Source of the DNA: the human T2T-CHM13v2.0 reference genome, Homo sapiens
Assembly (NCBI RefSeq): GCF_009914755.1
Contig: NC_060929.1
Direction: 5' to 3' (one strand)
Length of the DNA stretch: 64,000 nucleotides
Shown here: positions 1 to 11,545 of the stretch, piece after piece
Layout of the letters: each line of letters opens with the position of its first letter
Position numbering within the stretch: the first letter of the stretch is position 1
Notes under the pieces: generated by a model
What the model was told of the DNA's origin: nothing
The model's input: only the letters and a program-made list of their open reading frames with translations
The model's database searches: none
Made by a program: the position numbers and the translations under genes

Positions 1-99
1 TTTGATTATACTGTGGTCTGAGGGACAGTTTGTTATGATTTCTGTTCTTTTACCTTAGCTGAGGAGTGCTTTACTTCCAATTACGTGATCAATTTTAGA

Positions 100-717
100 T
101 TAAGCGTGATGTGGTGCTGAGAAGAATGTATATTCTGTTGATTTGGGGTGGAGAGTGCTGTAGATGTCTATTAGGTCTGCTTGTTGCAGAGCTGAGTTCA
201 GGTCCTGCATATCCTTGTTAACCTTCTGTCTCACTGATCTGTCTAATATTGACAGTGGGATGTTAAAGTCTCCCATTATTATTGTGTGGGAGTCTAAGTC
301 TCTTTGTAGGTCTCTAAGGACTTGCTTTATGAATCCGGGTGACCCTGTATTGGGTGCATATATATTTAGGATAGTTAGCTTTTCTTGTTGAATTGATCCC
401 TTTACCATTACGTAATGGCCTTCTTTGTCTCTTTTGATCTTTGTTGGTTTAAAGTCTCTTTTATCAGAGATTAGGATTGCAACCCCTACTTTTTTTTTTT
501 TTTTTTTTTTTTGCTTTCCATTTGCTTGGTAGATCTTCCTCCATCCCTTTATTTTGAGCCTATGTGTGTCTTTGCACCTGAGATGGGTCTCCTGAATACA
601 GCACACTGATGGGTCTTGACTCTTTATCCAATTTGCCAGTCTGTGTCTTTTAATAGGGGCATGTAGCCCATTTACATTTAAGGTTAATATTGTTATGTGT
701 GAATTTGATCCTGTCAT
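100..717 (-). pseudogene. L1 ORF2 endonuclease-domain remnant with premature stop
   Basis: MTGSNSHITILTLNVNGL, CCIQETHL, IYAPNTG and IMGDFN motifs of L1 EN; TAA at 100-102 before the end of the domain; 23-T run at 490-512 adds in-frame lysines. Confidence 0.93.
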
Positions 718-780
718 TATGATGTTCACTGGTTATTTTGCCTATTAATTGATGCAGTTTCTTCATAGCATCAATGGTCT

Positions 781-1252
781 TTACAATTTGGCATGTTTTT
801 GCAGTGGCTGGTACTGGTTGTTTCCTTCCATGCTTAGTGCTTCCTTCAGGAGCTCTTTTAGGACAGGCTTGGTGGTGACAGAATCTCTCAGCATTTGCTT
901 GTCTGTGAAGGATTTTATTTCTCCTTCACTTATGAAGCTTAGTTTGGCTATGAAATTGGATATGAAATTCTGTGTTGAAAATTCTTTTCTTTAAGAATGT
1001 TGAATATTGGCCCCCACTCTTTTCTGGCTTGTAGGGTTTCTGCCAAGAGATCCACTGTTAGTCTGATAGGCTTTCCTTTTTGGGTAACTTGACCTTTCTC
1101 TCTGGCTGCCCTTAACACTTTTTCCTTCATTTCAACCTTGGTGAATCTGACAATTGCGTCTTGTGGTTGCTCTTCTCAAGGAATATCCTTTGGAGGGGAA
1201 GAGGTGCTCTGATTTTAGAATTTTCAGCTTTTTTTCTCTGGTTTCTCCCCAT
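781..1252 (-). pseudogene. L1 ORF1 remnant with ~550-nt internal deletion
   Basis: ATG-to-stop span is 472 nt versus ~1017 nt canonical; peptide MKEKVLRAAREKGQVTQKGKPIRLTVDL is ORF1p C-terminal half. Confidence 0.9.
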
Positions 1253-1848
1253 CTTTGTGGTTTTATCTACCTTTGGTCTTTGATGTTGGTGACCTACAGA
1301 TGGGGTTTTGGTGTAGATAACCTTTTTTTTGATGTTGATGCCATTCCTTTCTGTTTGTTAATTTTCCTTCTAATAGTCAGGTCCCTCAGCTGCAGGTCTG
1401 TTGGAATTTGCTGGAGTTCCACTCCAGACCCTCTTTGCCTGGGTATCACGAGAGGAGGCTGCAGAGCAGCAAATATTGCAGAACAGCAAATATTGCTGCC
1501 TGATCCTTCCTCTGGAAGCTTCATCCCAGAGGGGCAGCTGCCTATATGAGGTGTCTGTCAGCCCCTACTGGCAGATGTCTCCCAGTTAGTCTACATGGGG
1601 TTCAGGGACCCACTTGAGGAGGCAGTCTCTCCGTTCTCAGAGCTCAAACGCCGTGCTGGGAGAATCATTGCTCTTCAGAGCTGTCAGACAGGGACGTTTA
1701 AGTCAGCAGAAGTTGTCTGCTGCCTTTTGTTCAGCTATGCCTTGCCCACAGAGATGGAGTCTGGAGTCAGTAGGCCTTGTTGAGCTGTGGTGGGCTCTGC
1801 CCAGTTCGAGCTTCCTGGCTGCTTTGTTTACCTACTCAAGCCTCAGCA

Positions 1849-2046
1849 ATGGCGGATGTCCCTCCCCCAGCCAGGCTGCTGTCTCACAGATCAATCCCAG
1901 ACTGTTGCACTACCAGTGAGCAAGCCTCCGTGGGCATGCATGAGAGAGAACCACCTTGTCTGCTGGTTGCTAAGACCTTGGGAAAAGCGCTGTATTTGGG
2001 CAGGAGTGTCCTGTTCTTCCAGGTAGTCTGTCACGGCTTCCCTTAG
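1849..2046 (+). pseudogene. L1 antisense ORF0 homologue (65 codons, frameshifted after ~30 aa)
   Basis: GCAATGG start; MADVPPPARLLSHRSIPDCCTTSEQASVG aligns with ORF0 N-terminus MAGAPPPASLPPCSLISDCCASNQRDSVG (recalled). Confidence 0.8.
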
Positions 2047-2409
2047 CTGGGAAAGGGAAATCCCCCGATCCCTTGCGCTTCCCAGGTGAGGCGACGCCCT
2101 GCCCTGCTTTGGCTCACCCTCCATGGGCTGCATCCACTGTCCAACCAGTCCCAATGAGATGAACCAGGTACCTCAGTTGGAAATGCAGAAATCACCCATC
2201 TTCTGCATCAATCACACTGGGAGCTGCAGACCAGAGCTGTTCCTATTTGGCCATCTTGGAATGCCCCTAGGGTGAGATTTTATCTCAATGTGGTATTGAC
2301 TTGCATTTCCCTTATGATTTTTAATGATGTTGAACATTTTTCATATACCTGTTGGCTATTTGAATGTCGCCTTCTGAGAAATGTCTATTTAGATCTTTTG
2401 CCACCTTGC

Positions 2410-2575
2410 TTTCTTTCAGTAATGGGGTCTCACTATGTTGCCCAAGCTGGAGTACAGTGGTTATTCACAGGTGCAATCCTAGGACACTACACTCTCATAC
2501 TCCTGGGCCTAAGCAATCCTCCTGTCTCAGTCTCTTTGTTGCTGGAACTAATGGTACACACCATTACACCCAGCT
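2410..2575 (-). mobile_element. FAM-like fossil Alu monomer
   Basis: GGGTCTCACTATGTTGCCCAAGCTGGAGTACAGTGGTTATTCACAGGTGCAATC retains the 7SL-like segment typical of FAM. Confidence 0.8.
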
Positions 2576-3713
2576 TTCCCATTTTAAAATTGGGTTATTT
2601 GTGTTTTTGCCATTGAATTGCTTGAGTTCCTTGTATATTCTGGTTATTAATCCCCATGGAATAAATAGTTTGCAAAGATTTTTGTCCATTCTGTAGGTTG
2701 TCTCTTTACTTTGTTGATTGTTTTCTTTGCTGTGCAGAAGCTTTTTAGCTTGATTTAATCCCATTTGACAACTTTGCTTTGGTTACCTGTGCTTGTGGGG
2801 TAGTACTCAAGAAATATTTGCTCAGACCAGTGTACTGAAGCACTTCCCCCATGCTTTCTTTTAGCAGATTTATAATTTCGGGTCTTACATATAGTTTTTA
2901 ATCTATTTTGGGTTGATTTTTTTATATAGTGAGAAATTGAGTTATTTTTATTCTTCTGCATATGGATACCCAGTTTTCCCAGCATCATTTATTGAAGAGA
3001 CTGTCCTTTCCACAATGTATGTTCTTAACACCTTTATCAAAAGGGAATTGGCTGTATGTGGATTTTTTTCTGCGTTCTTTATTCTGTTCCATTGGTCTAT
3101 GCATCTGTATTTTTATTTTGAAATTAGGTAATGTTTGCCTCCAGCTTTGTTCTTCCTACTGAAGATTACTTTGGCTATTCAAGGTCTTTTGTGATTCCTT
3201 AGAAATTATAGGATTTTTTTCTACTTCTATAAAGAATGTCATTGATATTTTTGTAGGAACTGCATTATGTATGTATATAACTTTGGGGAGTATGGACATT
3301 TTAACAATATTAATTCTTCCAATCCATGAACATGGGCTACCTTTTCATTTTTGTATCCTCTTCAATTTCTTTCATCAGTGTTTCATGGTTTTTATTATAG
3401 AGATCTTTCACTTCTTTCATCAAGTTTATTATTTTTGGTAACTATTTTAAATGGGATTGCTTATTTGATTTCCTTTTCAGATTGTTCACTTTTGGTATAC
3501 AGAAATATCACTGATTTTCATATGTTGGTTTTGTATCCTGCAACTTAACTGAATTCATATATCAATTCTAACAGTTTTTTGGTGGAGTCTTTAGGCTATT
3601 CTAAATGTAAGACCATGTCATCTGCAAACAAGAACAATTTGACTTCTTCCTTTCCAATTTGGATGCCCTTTGTATCTTTCTTTTTTCTAATTGCCCCAAG
3701 ATTTCCATTACTA

Positions 3714-3755
3714 TGTTGAATATTGTGGTAGAACTGTTGAATATTGTGGTAGAAC
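3714..3755. repeat. Perfect 21-bp tandem duplication inside L1M
   Basis: TGTTGAATATTGTGGTAGAAC x2. Confidence 0.9.
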
Positions 3756-4500
3756 TGGCCATCTTTGTCTTGTTTCAGTCCTTAGAGGAAAAGGTTTCCA
3801 TTTTCCCCTTCATTATGAGCTAGCTGTGGGTTTATCATTTATGGCTTTATTGTTTTGAGTCATGTTCCTTCTATAGCCCAGTTTCTTGAGAGTTTTTATC
3901 ATGAAGGAACATTTAATTTTACTGATGTTGAATAGATGCTTTTCCAGAATCTATTGGCATGGTCATTTGGTTTTTGTCCTTAATTCTAGTAATGTGATAT
4001 TTATTTATTTGTGTATGTTGAACCATTCTTGCATATCTGGGATGAACATTACTTGTACATGTTGAATGATCTTCACCAAGTTGTTTAATTAAGTTTGATA
4101 TATTTTGTTGAGGATTTTTTCATCTATGTTCATCAAGAATATTGACCTGTAGTTTAATATTTTTTTGTTTTGTCTTTGTCTGGTTTTGGTACAAGGGTAA
4201 TGCTGGCATTGTAGAATGAGCTTGGAAGTATTACTTCCACTTCAGTTTTTTTTAAGAGTTTTAGTAAAATTGATATTAGTTAGCCTTTAAATATTTGGTA
4301 GAATCCAGCAATGAAGCCATTAGGTCCTGGGATTTTCTTTGATGGGAGATTTTTTTACTATTGCTTCTTTCTCATTACTCATTATTGGCCAGTTCAGGTT
4401 TCACATTTCTTCATGGTTCAATCTTGGTAGTCATAATTATGAGTCCAGGAATATATCCTTTTTGTCTAGCATTTTTTCATTTATTGGAGTATAGTTGTTC

Positions 4501-4815
4501 ATCCAACACATGCATTTTTAGAGGACACACATTCAAACCATACCAGGAAGTGATCAAGTTATAAGGGTGAAACCCTAATAAATGAGATAAGTGTCCTTAT
4601 AAAAAGAAACTCAAGTGAGCTCCCTTCCCCACTTCCACCATGTGAGGACACAGAAGGCACCATCTGTGAGGAGCATGTCCTCACCAAACACCAAATCTGC
4701 TAGCGCCTTGATCTTGGACTTCCCAGCCTCCAGAAATGAAAATAATAGACTTCTGTTGTTCATAAATTACCCCACCTAAGATATTTTGGTATAGCAGCCT
4801 AAATGGACTAAGATA
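4501..4815 (+). mobile_element. MLT1A/MLT1A0-like MaLR LTR; first 45 bp are an LTR 5' end in the opposite orientation
   Basis: CCTTGATCTTGGACTTCCCAGCCTCCAGAA...TAGCAGCCTAAATGGACTAAGATA is the MLT1A 3' end; 4501-4545 reverse-complements to TGGTATGGTTTGAATGTGTGTCC. Confidence 0.85.
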
Positions 4816-5181
4816 TTGATTATATAAAAAAATGACCAATTTGTGAGATAAGTAGGGAAGAAAAGGGCAGAGGGACAAGGGGATGCAAAGAAGAGAGGAA
4901 GAGAGAAACAGTGGGAGAATAAGACAGAGAGAGGCATAGAAAGAGAAAAGCAGGAAGAAGATGATTGACAGATATAGAGAGGTTACAGCACTTTTGTTTT
5001 ATGACCCTTTAAGGGCAGAAATGGATGGCAGAGTAAAAATATGAACAAGGTCAAAGCAATGTGGCTAAAACATTCTTTTATATAACTAAACAGAAAGGTC
5101 ATATAAGGCATATAATTTTAGAATATAGGTTGTGAAAGGTCTATATGTACCAGGTAATAAATTTTTATTTTATGCTGTTTG

Positions 5182-5453
5182 CCAATGTTTTTCCAAAGTG
5201 TACTCCATGAAGACTTAATGACTCATAAAGAAAAAGGTTTATTTAAATGTATTTCAGAAATACTACAGATTATATCTCTCTCTGAAAGTGTTATAACACA
5301 TGTCAGCATACTTACATCTCTAAGGAATCCTGAGAAAATATACTTGGTGATAATTAGTTCAATCTGTGTTTACCAATCATACTTAAGGGCAGAATAATTT
5401 TTTCTGTGTATAAATCCCTATTTGTATCCTGTAGAACATACTTTGGAAATACA
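5182..5453. mobile_element. hAT-Charlie-type MITE relic inside an L2 fragment
   Basis: Degenerate terminal inverted repeats CAATGTTTTTCCAAAGTGTACTCC / AGAACATACTTTGGAAATACAG. Confidence 0.6.
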
Positions 5454-5929
5454 GTCAATCATGAGCCACAGTTAAATGTTTAGACTAAAAAAGACAAGAG
5501 AAACATACAGTTTAGGAAGATAAAATCTCATGGCTATGTGCTATATGGATGAAACAGACTAAGACTAAAACCATGGGGGGATTGGCGTGGGCAATTAATA
5601 GGTTATACTAATAATCAAGAGGATATACCAGGTATTCAATTTGTATGGGAATAATCAGAATTAAAAGATATGGGTAAGTGTGAGAAATGTTATATCAGAG
5701 ATGTTGATTGTTACCAGACTGACAGCCCCTACTGAGACTGCCACCTTTTATATCATGTCACTTCACAACCTAATTAAACCAGAATGAGAATCTGATACAA
5801 AGTGACATGTCCACAGCTGGCCAGCAATTATGACTTTTATTGTCTGGCTTAAAAACAAAAGTTAAATAAGGTTTCTCATTCAAGAGTTTGAAAGTGTGAA
5901 AACAGAGACTGAGACTTGTAGCAGATAGA

Positions 5930-6040
5930 TACAGATATATGTGTGTGTATGTGTATATACATACACACACATATATACACTATCTATATATATATATATT
6001 GCTATATATGTGCCACATATATATATAGCAATATATATGG
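5930..6040. repeat. Compound (TA)n/(TG)n/(CA)n microsatellite
   Basis: Direct inspection. Confidence 0.9.
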
Positions 6041-6771
6041 AGAGATCCAAGAGACTATACACAGTGCTCACTTTTCATATTCAATATATATGCAGACTTG
6101 AGATCTAAAATCTATATTAAGGCATGTTTGTGTATGAAATATAAATAGCATTTATATTACCATCTGCAGGGTAATATCTTGAAATATTAATCTTTGTGCT
6201 TGGTTTTCCCCACCTCCCTAAGTAAAATTTTTCCACCAGTGAGTCAGAGGTGTTTATATTGCCTCCAAGCAAAGTAGGAATTTTTAGGATATGAATGAAA
6301 CAAGCAGTAAGTAGTCACTATAGAAGGAAGCCCTGAAGGAAGCAGGACATAAAGTTTATGCTATAATAGTTAAACAGAATGAAGAATAGTGAAGAAACAC
6401 ACCACTTCATATGCATGCACACACAAAGTGAAAACAGGTTCATCTAGGCTGGAGAGAAGAGAGGGAGATGGGAAAGAGGAGCTAGGTGGGACACACCCTT
6501 ACAGCAAGTTAGGGAGTAGACAATGAGAAGGGCAGAAATGGGGGATGAATAACTGCATGGAGGGATACTGTGTCCTCATAGGGAGACTGCCTATCACCCT
6601 TACTGGCCAGCAGCAGGGAATCAAGTCAACATGTGGTAATAACGTCAACAAGTAGAGACTACTCAGCATCTGGACAGAGCAAGATGTCTCTGGTGGTGGA
6701 GTGGGATTTCCATCTACAGACAGAACTTCTTGCATAAATACTCCTGCCACTTACTCCAAAATTTCATGAGC

Positions 6772-7142
6772 TGTATTTGTCTGTTCAGAAAATACAAAAT
6801 GTCACAGACTGGGCAGATTAAACAAACAGGAATTTATTTCTCACAGTGAGGAAGGCTGGGAAGTCCAAGATCAAGGTGCTGGCTGCTTCAGTTCAGGAAT
6901 GGCTCTCTTCCTGGCTTATAGCCAACTTCTCACTGTATCTTCACATGATAGAGAGAGAGAGTAAACTCTCTGGTATTTCTTCTTAAAAGAGGACTAATCC
7001 CATCATCAGGGCCCCACCCTCATCACCTCACCTAAACCTGATTACCTCTAAAGGCCTCATCTCCAAATGCCATCACATTTCAGGGTAGAGAGTTGGGGCT
7101 TCAGTGTATGAATTTTAGGGGAAGATAATTCAGTCTATAACA
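6772..7142 (-). mobile_element. MLT1A0-like LTR (3' LTR of a minus-strand MaLR)
   Basis: GGCTGGGAAGTCCAAGATCAAGGTGCTGGC; ends ATTCAGTCTATAACA; TG...CA termini. Confidence 0.9.
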
Positions 7143-8384
7143 TTATTCCCTGGCCTCCTAACATCCATGTCCTTCTTGCATGCAAAATACATTGATTACA
7201 TTCCAACAGCCCCCAGAATCTTAACTCATTCTGGCACCAACTCTAAAGTCTAAACTTTAAAGTCTCATCTAAATATTATATAAATCAGATATGGTTAAGA
7301 CTTGATGCAAAATTCTTCTCCATCTATGAGCTAAAGAAGAAAAATTGGGGTGAGCAGATAACCAGACAAGTATGTGCTCCCAAAATGCAATGGTGGGACA
7401 GGCATAAGATAGATATTCTAATTCCAAAAGTGAGAATAGGAAAGAAGAAACAGGTGATGGCTACCAAACAAGTATGAAAGTTAGAAAGACAAATTCCATC
7501 AAATCTTAAAGCCTGAGGATAATCCTGTTTGGATCCATTCTCTGCCTCTGGACCCACTGGGGCAGTGGTTCTGCTTCTGTGACTCTGCAGGGTACTCCGG
7601 CCCCCATGGCTTCTTGTGGAAGCTGTCTATCCCAGTGAAACTGAGGAAGTAGCCCTGCTGATCTCTGGATGAACTTCAGGGTCATTTTTCCTTGTTCTTG
7701 TAGAGCAAAGCAAATTTGCAGCCAAATACTTTGTTGTCCAGCCCTGTCAAATCCAGTAATTCTTACAGCCTTCCTTTATTTTATCTCACTTTTTCTGTTC
7801 CCTTTTAGTTGAAACTGTTCTTGCTGGTTTAATCCCATCTCTATTCCTGGCTTCTGTTGAAATGGCTGATTAAGTCCATGAGTCCCAAACATGATCTTTT
7901 TATCAAGTGGTTATTCTGTCACACCTTTAGCGTTCTCTTCAGAAAAATCTTTCCCATTTTTACAATATTATGCAATAAACTGAGAATTTTCCACATCTCC
8001 AAGTTCTGATTCCTTTTTGATTAACAATTTCTTCATCAATTAATCTCTCTTCTTTTGCATTTTACTGGAAGCATTCAAGAGGAATTTTCAACACTTTCCT
8101 TAGAAATCTCCTCAGCTAAATATCCAATCTCATCACTCACAAGTTCTACCTTCTACGAAACACTAAAACACAGCTCAACCAAGTGTAAGTATTAACTTTT
8201 GTCCAGTTTCCAATTATTGGTGTTCTTCACTCCAATCTGAGTTTTCACCAGAATTGCCTTGAATACCCATATTTCTAATACATACCTCAACACTCTTCCA
8301 GCCTCTACCCATTACCCAGTTTCAAAACCATGTTCGTGTTTAAGTATTTGTTACAGTTGCACCTCACTTCTTAGTACTAAGTTT
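7143..8384 (-). mobile_element. MaLR (MLT1A-type) internal region
   Basis: Starts TTATTCCCTGGCCTCC (polypurine-tract complement); ends CCCATTACCCAGTTTCAAAACC...CACTTCTTAGTACTAAGTTT (PBS-proximal MaLR internal start). Confidence 0.88.
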
Positions 8385-8879
8385 TGTATTAGTCTAGGTT
8401 CTTCAGAGAAACAGAAGCAATAGAATACATATAGACAGAAAGATATTTATTATAAAGAATTGGTTCACATGGTTATAGAGGCTGACAAGTCTCAAGATCT
8501 GTGGTCAGCAAACTAGAGACCCAGGAGAGCTGATGGCATAAACTCCGGTTCAAGTCCAAAGGCCTGAGAATCAGGAGAGCCAATGGCAAAAGTTCCAGTC
8601 TAAGTCCAAGTCCAAAGGTAAGAGAAGACTGATATCACAGTGTAAAGATAGGAAGAAAGAGAAAATTCTCCCTTACTAAGCCTTTTTGTTCTATTCAGAC
8701 CCTCAGCAGATTGGATGAGAGTCACCCACATTAGAGAGGGCAATCTGCTTTCCTGAGTCCACTAATTTAAGTGTTAGTCTCATCCAAAGCACCTTCATGG
8801 ATACACTCAAATAATGTTTAACCAACTGTCTGGACATCTCCTGGCCCAGTCAGGTTGACATATAAAATAAACCATCACA
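8385..8879 (-). mobile_element. MLT2 (MLT2B-like) ERVL LTR
   Basis: TGTATTAGTCTAGGTTCTTCAGAGAAACAGAA...GAGACCCAGGAGAGCTGATGG...GTTGACATATAAAATAAACCATCACA. Confidence 0.9.
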
Positions 8880-9018
8880 GGCTGGGCATGGTGGCTCATG
8901 CCTGTAATCTCAGCACTTTGGAAAGCCAAAGTGGGAGGATGGCTTGAATCCAGGAGTTTGAGACTAGCCCTGGCAGCACAGCAAGACCTCATCTCTACAA
9001 AACTTAAAATAAAAAATA
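8880..9018 (+). mobile_element. FLAM_C/AluJ left monomer with 16-bp TSD
   Basis: GGCTGGGCATGGTGGCTCATGCC...A-rich tail; TSD AAAATAAACCATCACA / AAAATTAAGCATCACA duplicates the LTR end. Confidence 0.9.
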
Positions 9019-10159
9019 AAAATTAAGCATCACATAAATGGCATTCATAGGGCTCCTGAATAGGCAGATGGGGTCTTTGTCACCCAGAGGGGTAGTAAAT
9101 ATGAGAAAGTAAAGCCCTAGCATCAATAATTGAGTAGGCCTGGAGCATAGTATGTTCTGTCCATGTTAAATAGTAAACAACAGATTTTCTATACAACTTT
9201 TATTTTGAAATTTCATTACTTTTATGAACCTAACTATAGAAGTTCAAATTGAACATAGTTTTGTGGTCCTGCATGCTTAAGCAAATAAGAATGAAAATAA
9301 AACTGCATGAAAACAAAAACCTTTCTAACTTTAATAACTGCAGTTTGCTTTATTTATTCCAAAACTCTCTGGATCTGAGGACCACCTATGTAGGAGAAAT
9401 TAAAAACTAAATGAAAATATGCTTATTCTACATTCCATGCCTCCAATTTAATTTTTAAGCCTTTATCACCCTAAAAATGCTCAACTATTGTTTTATCTTT
9501 TGGCATAGAATAAGTTTCATAACAAAGATTCCAGTAACAGTAAATCTGATGTTTATAGTCTCAATTTGTTTTTTTTTTTTGTTTCTATAATATCTCTACA
9601 TGAGTTTATATTAACATTTTCTTCATCTCAGTTTTCTCTCTGTTCTTCTTGGTACTAATGTTTGTAAGGGGGCTATGTTTCTAGACCCCAGGATGTAAAC
9701 CCACTTTCCTAAACTGTAATTCTCCACTCAGATACAATATTTTGGTTTCATCAGCTTGTTTGATTTTTTTACGTGTTTACAATTTTCTGTTGCTTCAACG
9801 GAGTTTTGAAGATTAAACAGGATATTCCTTTCCAGTCTCCTCATCAAGGTGTTCTCCTTGCCTATGGTAGTCACACATTCTGCCTCCTCTAGAAATCCAC
9901 CCCTATGGGTAAGGTGATTAGGGCTTCTGAACTAAGAATTAGGATGTGTAATTTGACCAATCGAGTGTTCTGATAATGACACAAAACCTGCATTCTCTCT
10001 GGATGGAAGCCTCAAATGCAATTGAACCACTCTGCGTAAATCAGAGGTAGGACATAGATGTTAAACTTGTTTCTTTTTTTAATATTGGATTGTGTTTGGT
10101 ATAATCCCTCCCAAAAATTTATCTCTAAGTTCTTTCTAGGCCTTAATCTCTAAATTGGG

Positions 10160-10300
10160 AAGTTATTTATTCAGCACATATTGAACAAGCAACTACAATA
10201 TGTTTGGCACTGAACTTCAGTTAGAAGCTGAAGATAAAATGGTGAACAAAACATACTGATGCCTACAGTCTAATAGGGAAGACAGACTTTAATCAGATAT
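10160..10300 (-). mobile_element. L2 3' fragment
   Basis: TTATTTATTCAGCACATATT...TGCCTACAGTCTAATAGGGAAGACAGAC resembles antisense L2 3' end. Confidence 0.6.
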
Positions 10301-10385
10301 CATAAATCATTACCATTTTACCCCAACCTGCCTCTTCTCTCTTTTTCTTGGCTTTCTTGATTACTCTCTGTTAATTTGTCTCTAC

Positions 10386-10434
10386 CTTTAGCAGCATCTT
10401 TAGCAGCCCTTTAGCAGCTCTTTAGCAGCTCTTT
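10386..10434. repeat. Short minisatellite, 4 x 11-12 bp
   Basis: CTTTAGCAGC core repeated four times. Confidence 0.85.
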
Positions 10435-10863
10435 CTTTCTCCACCAGTATCATAGGGTTTTTTTCCTAACTCTGCATCCTGCCACTCTATATATTCTCCC
10501 TGAAACTTGACATACTTCATGGCTTCTACTTTTACCTAAATGCTGAAGATTCCAGAAATTCTCTCTCCTTCCTAGATCTCAGTAATCCCCTTGCCCCACC
10601 CCAAAGGAACCACTAAATCTCTCATCAAATATCGGAATTAATCTCTTAGAAATAGTTAATGAATTAGTTAGAATTAGTTACTCCTTCATCTGTTATACCA
10701 TTGTCCCAATGACATACTTCTATTAATGCATCCATTAGAAGGTACTGGGTTCACAGTGTCATTTATCTCAGTAGTCTTAATACAGAGCAAAAGAGCTGGA
10801 AAAATAGATGATGAATAAATACTTATTGAATGTCGTTGGATAAGAGAATGCCTCTACAGTTTT

Positions 10864-10905
10864 TGTGTGTGTGTGTCTGTGTGTCTGTGTGTGTGTGTGT
10901 GTGTG
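10864..10905. repeat. (TG)n microsatellite
   Basis: Direct inspection. Confidence 0.95.
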
Positions 10906-11129
10906 CTTTAGAGGAATTGAACTGCCTGCTTTAGAGGAATGGAAATGTGCTTTCTCATTCTTTGTATGGAAACTGAAGAGCAGGGAGGCAGATAGAAGCA
11001 GTAAGTAGAATACAAGTCAGAAGTAAAAAGTAAAAATCATAAATAGAACCTGCTATTTACTGATGATGTGTCATATAGAATAAAGGGTTATTAAGCACAG
11101 ATTTGGAATTGGCCCCTATTTGTTTTGAT

Positions 11130-11545
11130 GTGGTTTAGGATTCAGTTTATTTATAAATAACAGAAAAAAATATGATAGTTGTACTGGAAATTATTTTCAA
11201 GTCTACTCTTTTCTCTTATAAAAGTCCAGGCAGGCAATCCTGGGCTGAACAGCACTTCACATTGTTAGAGAACATATATCCTTCTGTCTTATTTCTCTGT
11301 CACATGCAACTTCAACCTCAAGGTCCAAAATGGTAACGTGCATTCCAAGAAGCAGGATAGGGTAAAGAACAAAGAAGCACAGCACAAACATTACATGAGC
11401 ATTGTCTCCCTGGGAAGGCTTCCAGAAGATGTCACATAACACTTCCACTTGCCTCTCATAGCCTAGTTCTGTGACCAAAGAGAGGCTAGGAAATGGACTC
11501 TTCATCCTGGTATATCATGTTTCAAGCTTTAAATTCTGTTGCTGT
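11130..11545 (-). mobile_element. Old MaLR LTR (MLT1J/K-like)
   Basis: AAGTCCAGGCAGGCAATCCTGGGCTG; CACTTCCACTTGCCTCTCATAGCCTAG; AGAGAGGCTAGGAAATG. Confidence 0.65.

Larger units (their letters stand above)
1..2267 (-). mobile_element. L1PA (about L1PA7/8-age) 5' portion: 5'UTR, internally deleted ORF1, start of ORF2; continues off the left edge
   Basis: Minus strand begins ...CCAAGATGGCCAAATAGGAACAGCTC (L1 5' end, YY1 site); ORF1 ATG at 1252, ORF1 stop at 781-783; ORF2 endonuclease peptide at 717-100. Confidence 0.97.
2270..4500 (-). mobile_element. Older L1M (L1MA/L1MB-like) ORF2 fragment, host of the L1PA and FAM insertions
   Basis: Degenerate antisense ORF2 sequence (e.g. GTTTTCCCAGCATCATTTATTGAAGAGACTGTCCTTTCC; TCATCTGCAAACAAG); ORF track shows L1-like peptides. 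Confidence 0.92.

Noticed and set aside
100-729. 209-aa endonuclease ORF as a functional or domesticated gene
   Set aside because: It is the L1 ORF2 start with a stop before the end of the EN domain, in an element with a deleted ORF1
10386-10434. Short repeats as a CRISPR-like array (also 13621-13726)
   Set aside because: No unique spacers, eukaryotic context; simple slippage or template-switch products
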